Source: Leptospiraceae bacterium
GTDB lineage: Bacteria; Spirochaetota; Leptospiria; Leptospirales; Leptonemataceae
Length of the DNA: 64,000 nt
Direction: 5' to 3'
Assembly (NCBI GenBank): GCA_040217195.1
Contig: JAVJNR010000004.1
Coordinates: 288,001 to 352,000 of the forward strand
The position numbers were made by a program, and so were the translations under genes. The notes under the pieces were generated by a model. The model worked only from the letters and a program-made list of their open reading frames with translations, did no database searches and had not been told where the DNA came from. This document shows positions 57,411 through 64,000 of this stretch, in pieces. Each line of letters opens with the position of its first letter. Positions within the stretch are counted from its first letter, which is position 1.

Positions 57411-58415
57411 TCAGGAAAATAGCTCGGAGGAGGAATACTTGATTCCAAAATGTTCGTAGGCCACCCGGGTCACTCGACGCCCCTGGGGACTCTTTTCGAT
57501 CAATCCCAGACGTAACATGAATGGTTCATGATCCTCTTCCAGAGTTCGATCTTCTTCATCCACCAGAGCTGCCAGGGTTTTTAGTCCAACCGGACCGCCA
57601 CCATATCGATCAATCATAAGACGCAAGACCTTGCGGTCCAGTTCATTGAGTCCTTTTTCATCAATGCCCATTCTCTGCAGGCAGTCCCGAACAAAGTTCG
57701 CCTGGATCACATCCACTTTTTCTACTGTAGCATAATCCCGGATTCGACGCAACAATCGATTGGCCTCTCTGGGTGTCATACGAGCTCTGTGCGCAATCTC
57801 AAGGGTAGCTTCAGCGTCCAGACTGAGAGACAGTACCTGAGCTGTTCTCTGTAAAATTATAGATAGTTCTTCAGCACCATAGAAATCCAGTTTAAGATCC
57901 AGGCCAAAACGGTTCTTTAAAGGTGCTGAAAGCATTCCAGACCTGGTGGTTGCACCAACCAGAGTAAAGGGCTTTAGATGAATTTTGACGCTTCGAGCGG
58001 CCACCCCTTCGCCCAGTACCAGATCAATGACTCCATCCTCCATGGCAGGATAAAGGATTTCTTCGCACTGTCGATTTAGGCGATGGATTTCATCAATAAA
58101 AAGTACATCTCCTTTTTCCAGGAGAGTTAACATTCTGGCCAGGTCTCCGGGCTTCGTAATGGCCGGCGCGCTGGTTGAATGCAAGTTGCTGCCCATTTCC
58201 CTGGCTATGATGGCAGCCAGTGTCGTTTTTCCGAGCCCCGGGGGTCCGGAGAAAAGTACATGATCCAGAACCTCACCGCGATGGAGGGCCGCATCCACCG
58301 AAACACGTAACCTTTCTTTGAGCGGAGCCTGACCAATGAACTGACCCAGGCTTTCCGGCCTTAGACTCAGATCATCATTGATTTCGGTCATGCGCAATGA
58401 GCGCTCGGGGATCAT
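57411..58415 (-). CDS. ruvB: Holliday junction branch-migration helicase RuvB
   Basis: LRP, FIGQ, GPPGLGKTTLA, FIDEIHRL, EEILYPAMED, GATTR, TPREANRLLRR, GGPVG; start likely 58391. Confidence 0.97.
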   Translation of the reverse strand: MIPERSLRMTEINDDLSLRPESLGQFIGQAPLKERLRVSVDAALHRGEVLDHVLFSGPPGLGKTTLAAIIAREMGSNLHSTSAPAITKPGDLARMLTLLEKGDVLFIDEIHRLNRQCEEILYPAMEDGVIDLVLGEGVAARSVKIHLKPFTLVGATTRSGMLSAPLKNRFGLDLKLDFYGAEELSIILQRTAQVLSLSLDAEATLEIAHRARMTPREANRLLRRIRDYATVEKVDVIQANFVRDCLQRMGIDEKGLNELDRKVLRLMIDRYGGGPVGLKTLAALVDEEDRTLEEDHEPFMLRLGLIEKSPQGRRVTRVAYEHFGIKYSSSELFS

Positions 58416-58467
58416 CTCAACAAGGTACGCTCTTCCAGTTCTGCAATCCAGCGGTTTTTCTGGGAGC

Positions 58468-59154
58468 TCAGGAATAGATAATGAATACAGCAGGCTTTTT
58501 GGGCAAACGGAGGGATTTCAGATCCCTGGACTTCATTCGATGGTATTGCTCATCAGCCTGACCCATATCTACGGCAATGAATACAGAACTCTTGGCCGGC
58601 AATTCTGTGGCCAGCTCTGCTGGAATTTCCGGCACACGATGGGGGGCCTCGTAGAATACAAAAGGATGCCCCATTGCTGACACCGATGAGAAGAATGCCT
58701 GTCTGCTTTTTTTCTCCCTGGGCGGAAATCCGCCAAATGTAAAGGGGCCATTCAGACCGGCTCTGCTCAGCGCCGAAGTCATGGCCGTAGGACCACCAAT
58801 CACCTGGATATTGAATCCGTTCTCCTCTGCAATCTTCAGCCATTCCTGGCCCGGGTCTTCGATCACAGGCATGCCCGCATCGGAAACCAGAAGTAAATGC
58901 ACAGGCTGACGCAAACTTAGATCGATTAGTTCGGCCAGAAAGGACTGGTATTCCGATTCCCGGGTCTTCTTATCAAAGACTATGAATCTTTCATCCGGGA
59001 TTTCGAGTCCTGCTCTTTTGAAATGACTCTGAGCTCCTCGTTTGCTTTCGCACAGAATGAACTGACAATGCTCGGCCAGCTCCACAGTGGCCAGAGCCAT
59101 CTCCCCTGGATGGCCAAGAGGCATTCCTGCAATGGTCAGGTTGATCTGGTGCAT
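58468..59154 (-). CDS. RsmI-like SAM-dependent methyltransferase (tetrapyrrole methylase family)
   Basis: PLG, ILCE, LVSDAGMPVIEDPG, GPTA, F.GFPP, FYEAPHR. Confidence 0.82.
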   Translation of the reverse strand: MHQINLTIAGMPLGHPGEMALATVELAEHCQFILCESKRGAQSHFKRAGLEIPDERFIVFDKKTRESEYQSFLAELIDLSLRQPVHLLLVSDAGMPVIEDPGQEWLKIAEENGFNIQVIGGPTAMTSALSRAGLNGPFTFGGFPPREKKSRQAFFSSVSAMGHPFVFYEAPHRVPEIPAELATELPAKSSVFIAVDMGQADEQYHRMKSRDLKSLRLPKKPAVFIIYS

Positions 59155-59174
59155 GATGGAAAGTTCAGCGCAAC

Positions 59175-60104
59175 CTATGAATGGCCCACAGGTCGGTAAT
59201 CTTTATTACCATCCGGATTGCTAACCTCAAAATTTTGAATTAGAAACCCTTCCTGTTCGGCCACACTTCGCAGGTCCTCTTTACCCCGATCCACCAGCAA
59301 AGCCATGGTGGCTGCGCGTAGCATGTCCAGATCCGTAAAGGAATCTCCTGCAGCAAAATCAATGGTTCTATCGTCCAGTTCACGAATTGCCTGTACCTTT
59401 CCAGGTCCGAAAGTCATGGGCTCTTCAATGTACGGCAGTAAGAAATCATCCTTTCTTTTCAGTCGCATACCTCGTACGGCCGCCTCTTCCAGGTTCCAGT
59501 GATTGATCACAGATTGAATGGTGGGCTCGGGTGAGGCAGTAATGATTCTTACCGTCCAGCCCGAAGAAAGCATGGACTGAATTAATTCATAGATTTCTGG
59601 AATGATTCGAATTCCCCTGGGAATCTTTCGGCCGGAAGGGAGCTCTTCAGAATTCAAAGGTAATCTGGATTCATCCTGGAAAACGTAGGAGGCAATGCTT
59701 CTTAACTCTTTTTCTGGCAGGTTACCAAACAGACTTCGAGTCCACCTGTAGGCTTGCTCCAGGCCGGCATTGTGCACCAGGCTTTCATACAGACCCAGCA
59801 ACTCATCTACCCATTCCAGATGGGCCTGAATATCTTCGAAAGCCTGATTTCTATCCCAGGAAGAGCGTATATCCTGAAGCACCTTATTGGAAAGTGATGG
59901 ATGAGATATTTCCTGCCAGAATTCGTCCAGGTCTGCACGAACCAGCCCTTGAAAGGCAATGTAGTACATGCAGGCTTCGCCCAGGTCGCCATGTATTAGG
60001 GTGTTGTCGAAATCGAAAACTGCCTGCCCGGGAGGTCCCTCAAGCAGGCTGTCTATACGTTTCCGATTTTCCGGTGTCCATTGGTCGGCACCGGTAGGGT
60101 TCAT
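59175..60104 (-). CDS. HAD-superfamily hydrolase (phosphoserine phosphatase-like, IB)
   Basis: AVFDFDNTL, ITAS, GK, AAGDSFTD; ATGA overlap with the upstream M23 gene. Confidence 0.88.
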   Translation of the reverse strand: MNPTGADQWTPENRKRIDSLLEGPPGQAVFDFDNTLIHGDLGEACMYYIAFQGLVRADLDEFWQEISHPSLSNKVLQDIRSSWDRNQAFEDIQAHLEWVDELLGLYESLVHNAGLEQAYRWTRSLFGNLPEKELRSIASYVFQDESRLPLNSEELPSGRKIPRGIRIIPEIYELIQSMLSSGWTVRIITASPEPTIQSVINHWNLEEAAVRGMRLKRKDDFLLPYIEEPMTFGPGKVQAIRELDDRTIDFAAGDSFTDLDMLRAATMALLVDRGKEDLRSVAEQEGFLIQNFEVSNPDGNKDYRPVGHS

Positions 60105-60889
60105 TGTTCCTGCAGATTGAGGGCAGAAGCCTCAGATGGTTGATCATCCAGTTTTTCGCGTACCACGGTTTCAGGACGGGAAAGACCATATTGCAGAAAA
60201 TCTTCGGGATCGAGAGGCACATTCTCATAACGTACTTCCAGGTGAACGTGAGGGCCGGTGGATCGACCAGTGTTTCCGGAAAGTGCAATGGCCTGTCCGC
60301 GTTGAACATCATCCCCTACGCGAACCAGCACTTTAGTATTATGTGCATAGGTAGTTTCCGTACCATCTTTATGACGAATTATTACAGCGTTTCCGAATCC
60401 ACCCATCCATTGTGAGCGAACCACGGTTCCATCCATAGCAGCAACTACGATTGTCTTGGATGGACAGGCGAAATCCAGACCATTGTGATGTCCACCGAAT
60501 CGATTTCCAAACCCTGAGGATCGATTGGGAGTCTCAACAGGCCAGATCAGTTTTCGAGGATCTACCTGAAGGATTCTTCGGCCATATCCCCGTCGAACCA
60601 GTTCCGAATAGTATTCCTTGCTCATAGGAACGAATACATAGTCATCACTAACTTTGTTGCGATTAACCTTGTAAATTTCCTGAACAGTGGTGCCAAAGCG
60701 GTGAGCCAGACTGTGCAGCGATTGGCCGGCTGTTTCTTCCCAGCGACCAATGGCTCCATTATAAACCTGAATCACTTTATTATCGATAGTTACTGTTTCC
60801 AGTGCGCTGTTTTCAGTTTCTTCTGGCTGACCCGCCAGCAGGGATGTGGTTAGCAGCAAAGACGCTGCGATTGATATCAGTGCTTTCAT
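60101..60889 (-). CDS. M23-family metallopeptidase with signal peptide and LysM-like segment
   Basis: HNGLD (HxxxD), YAH, STGPHVHLEV (HxH); SL..LA.RFG.TV..I...N is LysM-like. Confidence 0.92.
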   Translation of the reverse strand: MKALISIAASLLLTTSLLAGQPEETENSALETVTIDNKVIQVYNGAIGRWEETAGQSLHSLAHRFGTTVQEIYKVNRNKVSDDYVFVPMSKEYYSELVRRGYGRRILQVDPRKLIWPVETPNRSSGFGNRFGGHHNGLDFACPSKTIVVAAMDGTVVRSQWMGGFGNAVIIRHKDGTETTYAHNTKVLVRVGDDVQRGQAIALSGNTGRSTGPHVHLEVRYENVPLDPEDFLQYGLSRPETVVREKLDDQPSEASALNLQEQ

Positions 60890-61362
60890 CTATTTTTCCA
60901 GAATTGAATAATTCCTTTCTTCCTTTTCCGACCAAAAAAATGAATCTAAATGCCATGTACCTTCGTCTACTGTAGGTAGAGTCAGCAACCTGGCTATCCA
61001 TGGTCGTATTTCCCTATAGAATCGGCGATGGAACGCTCAATCTATATCCGAATACCAGAAACCTGATTTCGGAACGGAATGCAGGCAATGTCCGCGGATA
61101 TAGCAGGTATGGCAATCACTTTTGACTGGTTTCAGGGCCCCACTAATCCCCGGGGTATACGGATTTGCCCGTATTTTTGCCCTTTCAACGCCTGAAATCC
61201 AGTTCGGGGCTTCCTGCACGGTAAGATCTCAGGCTTAACTCCCATATCAGGCTAGGATTTCATAGCCCGGACAAAGCAGCCGATTGTCATTTTAACTCAA
61301 GATTTGCAAGTATCCTGCATTGAAATTCCTTTCTCCTGTGCGGTACATTGTAGAATAGGGCC

Positions 61363-62508
61363 ATGTATACCACCGAGCAATTTCCCATTCGAAAGAACTG
61401 GAACTATTTGAACAACTCGGGCATCGCACCCATGTATGCTCCGGGCTGGGAAGCCGGGTCTGCTTTTGAACGGTCAAGGGCGGAAAAGGGACAGATGGCT
61501 TTTGCTGACATTGGATCGGTTCCTGGTGGGTTGAGGGAGGCTGCGGCCAAACTACTCCAGACCTCCGGTGATAATCTATCCTTCATGAAAAACACAGCCG
61601 AAGGGCTTTCTACAATTACAGCTGGTTATCCATTTGAACCAGGGGATGAAATCATTAGCTATATTCATGAGTATCCTTCCAATCACTATCCTTACGTTCT
61701 TCAAAAAGATCGAGGAGTGGTGCTTAAACTAATACCGGACAGTAAGATGCATGAGCATCAAAGTGAGGGGATGCCAGGTGGTTTCGCATTAAAAGATGTG
61801 GAAGCTCTAATCACCGACCGCACACGAATGATTGGATTGAGCCATGTGCAGTTTACCAGCGGATTTGCCTGCGACGTGCAGGAACTGGGAGACCTCTGTG
61901 CAGACCGAGGAATCGATCTTGTAATCGACGGAGCGCAGAGCATGGGTATCCTGCCTCTGTATCCTGAAAAGTGGAACGTATCTGCCATCGCAGCTTCGGG
62001 CTGGAAATGGATGATGGGACCGGTAGGCACTGGACTGCTCTATACATCACCTTCCTTTCGCAAGAAGATTCGCCAGACCATGGCCGGCGCAGACCTGATG
62101 AAACAGGGACAGGATTATCTAAACCATAGCTGGCAGCCCTACGATGATGGACGTCGCTTCGAATACTCAACGGTGCCAGTATCCCTGGCCATTGCACTGG
62201 AGAAATGTATTCGAGATATCCATCTTGCAAAAGGAATCGAGGCGATTCGGCAGCATAATCATAGGCTACAGGATGCCTTTCTGGCGAAACTGAACAACAG
62301 TGAAATCCATCCGGTTCAATTTGAGCAGAAGCATAGAAGTGGAATTCTTTCTCTGGTCTATGAAAATCCAGAGAAGCTCTGTAATCATCTAAAAAGCAAT
62401 GGAGTAATCGTCACCCATCGAGGAGGCTACTGCCGCATCGCACCTCATGTGTACAATACCGTGGAAGATGTGGAGAGAGCTGCCGAGTTACTTAATTCGC
62501 TAAACTGA
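61363..62508 (+). CDS. Class V PLP-dependent aminotransferase/cysteine desulfurase-like protein
   Basis: YLNNSG, NTAEG, SHVQF.SG, IDGAQS.G, SGWKW..GP.GTG, RIAPHVYN. Confidence 0.92.
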   Translation: MYTTEQFPIRKNWNYLNNSGIAPMYAPGWEAGSAFERSRAEKGQMAFADIGSVPGGLREAAAKLLQTSGDNLSFMKNTAEGLSTITAGYPFEPGDEIISYIHEYPSNHYPYVLQKDRGVVLKLIPDSKMHEHQSEGMPGGFALKDVEALITDRTRMIGLSHVQFTSGFACDVQELGDLCADRGIDLVIDGAQSMGILPLYPEKWNVSAIAASGWKWMMGPVGTGLLYTSPSFRKKIRQTMAGADLMKQGQDYLNHSWQPYDDGRRFEYSTVPVSLAIALEKCIRDIHLAKGIEAIRQHNHRLQDAFLAKLNNSEIHPVQFEQKHRSGILSLVYENPEKLCNHLKSNGVIVTHRGGYCRIAPHVYNTVEDVERAAELLNSLN

Positions 62509-62526
62509 GAGTCTGCTGAAGTCACT

Positions 62527-63426
62527 TCAGGGATGAAAGAACCTGGAGGGCGAGGTATGTTTTCCATCTTTTCGAATTTCAAAATGTAAATGAGGACCGG
62601 TCACTCGGCCGGTCTTTCCTACTTCGCCTATCTTCTGTCCCTGGCTGACAGAATCGCCTTTCTTAACATTCAGCTTTGAGAGATGACCGTAATAAGTTGT
62701 ATAATCGAATCGATGCTGCAGAATAATTAGATTTCCATAACCTCCGGCCGGGCCTGCATGGATTACTTTACCCGGTGCAGAGGCCAGAACAGGAGTGCCC
62801 ACTGAGGCGGCCAGGTCAATCCCACCATGAAATGATTTACGATTGTTCATTGGATCTCGACGATTTCCATAGCCACTGGAAAGCACAGCACCCGGCAATG
62901 GATGGGCAAAGCCCTGACCTCGAAAATAAAATCTTTCCTCCGGTTCAAATCGCCTGCCGGGATAAAAGCGAAATCCATTCAGTATCTTTTCGCTGCTAAG
63001 TTTTCCGGTCTTACCTTCCTGGGCTGAATCCCTGAACCGGGCCACCTCCTGCAGAGAAATGTTTCTTCTAAAGACGCCACGGGCATTTGGAATAAGAAGT
63101 ACATCGCCGGGCCCCACCGAAGCAGGATGGGCCAGCCCATTCAGGGAAGCGATGGTGTCTGGATCCTGACCGGTGCGGGTCACCACAGTAAAAAAGTTTT
63201 CATTATCCTTCAAGCGATAGAGATAAACCTGAAGAGGGAGCTGAAGTCTCTGTTCCCGGTACGAAGATTTAAGGTTGGTACGAATCTGTTGTCTCAGATT
63301 TTGCAATTCCGGTGTGGAATTATCGAGAGAGGAGATCCATCGGTCTGAATCCTGCTTACGGCCATCAACGGTGGACAGGGAAATGGCCACTAGGAGAAAG
63401 ACAAATGCCGCTGTTCTCTTCATCAT
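62527..63426 (-). CDS. LysM/M23-family metallopeptidase
   Basis: Signal peptide, LysM-like YRL..EN...DTIASLN, FHGGID, YGHL, TGPHLHFE. Confidence 0.92.
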   Translation of the reverse strand: MMKRTAAFVFLLVAISLSTVDGRKQDSDRWISSLDNSTPELQNLRQQIRTNLKSSYREQRLQLPLQVYLYRLKDNENFFTVVTRTGQDPDTIASLNGLAHPASVGPGDVLLIPNARGVFRRNISLQEVARFRDSAQEGKTGKLSSEKILNGFRFYPGRRFEPEERFYFRGQGFAHPLPGAVLSSGYGNRRDPMNNRKSFHGGIDLAASVGTPVLASAPGKVIHAGPAGGYGNLIILQHRFDYTTYYGHLSKLNVKKGDSVSQGQKIGEVGKTGRVTGPHLHFEIRKDGKHTSPSRFFHP

Positions 63427-63449
63427 CTGGAGGTTATCCGGCTCCTACT

Positions 63450-64000
63450 ATGGCCTTCTTGATGGCCGGTGCCGGTCATATTCTGTATCGGCTACTATTC
63501 CTGGAGGTTGATCCCTTTCTGAAGGGCCTGGGACTACCCGACTATGTTGCAGGACCGGCCAGCGGTAGCATTTTACTCGGACTGATGATTCCATTGTTCT
63601 GGTGGATATTCAATGATTCACCCAAAAGGCTCAGAGATATTCAGGATCCATTTCGTAAGCAACGCACTGTTCCAGCCATTCTGGGAGGCGGTCTGGCCGG
63701 TCTGATTGCAGCAACCATCGTGCTGGGAATTTCACTTTTCATTGAGGGGTCGGACTCGGCTTTTCCAACACTACCGGAAATTCTGGCCATTGTGATCTGG
63801 ACTCCGGTGGTAGAAGAGCTCTATTATCGATTTATGTTGCAGGGCTATCTGATGAGATCCATTGAAAACCAGGGTCATCCGCCGATATACAGTCAGTATC
63901 TACCTCTTTGCTTCGCCACAGTATGCTTTGTCTTTTCCCACGATTATTTCATTGCTCCTGTTCTCCTGATTCCTTCACTGGCATTTGGACTGGTATTTAT
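63450..64000 (+). CDS. CPBP/Abi (CAAX protease-like) intramembrane glutamic endopeptidase, truncated by the window end
   Basis: Translated by hand from ATG 63450: open to the window end, hydrophobic, with PVVEELYYR (EExxxR) and FVFSH (FxxxH) motifs. Confidence 0.85.
   Translation, partial: MAFLMAGAGHILYRLLFLEVDPFLKGLGLPDYVAGPASGSILLGLMIPLFWWIFNDSPKRLRDIQDPFRKQRTVPAILGGGLAGLIAATIVLGISLFIEGSDSAFPTLPEILAIVIWTPVVEELYYRFMLQGYLMRSIENQGHPPIYSQYLPLCFATVCFVFSHDYFIAPVLLIPSLAFGLVF

Noticed and set aside
60890..61362. Small ORF 61037-61219 or a structured RNA in the 470-bp divergent gap
   Set aside because: No SD, family motif or recognisable RNA consensus; treated as promoter space
1..64000. Prophage, IS element, tRNA or rRNA genes
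   Set aside because: No integrase, transposase, phage structural motifs or tRNA/rRNA signatures recognised

Overview
A gene-dense bacterial chromosomal segment with about 50 CDSs. I recognised no rRNA, tRNA, CRISPR array, integrase or transposase. The many lipoproteins, a fused HemC-HemD, a stand-alone FliG, LysM-M23 peptidases and a DUF1566 lipoprotein suggest a Leptospiraceae-like spirochaete (inference only). Housekeeping genes include gltBD, glutaminase, mntP, kdsD, a NeuB-family synthase, trpEG, rarA, tmk, a PduO-type adenosyltransferase, hemA-hemC/D, a class A PBP, ruvB and an RsmI-like methylase. The best candidate for an undescribed system is a tightly coupled five-gene envelope operon at 28.8-38.5 kb. 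It encodes (1) an Ig-like lipoprotein whose C-terminal part resembles BPI/LBP (TULIP) lipid-transfer domains, (2) a 1132-aa lipoprotein of unknown function, (3) a FadL/OmpP1 outer-membrane channel, (4) an OmpA-domain protein and (5) an Fn3/DUF1566 lipoprotein. A 22-bp palindrome and a promoter-to-terminator sRNA candidate lie upstream, and a 10 x 18-bp tandem repeat lies downstream. Other notable loci are an ECF sigma/NrsF pair upstream of a DinB - DedA/ATP-grasp fusion - HAD unit; a short cobalamin riboswitch with an unannotated 57-codon ORF ahead of a TonB-dependent receptor and beta-propeller lipoprotein; a pore-less voltage-sensor-like protein; and a secreted chromo-barrel mini-protein. 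All product calls come from reading motifs by eye; no database search was run.
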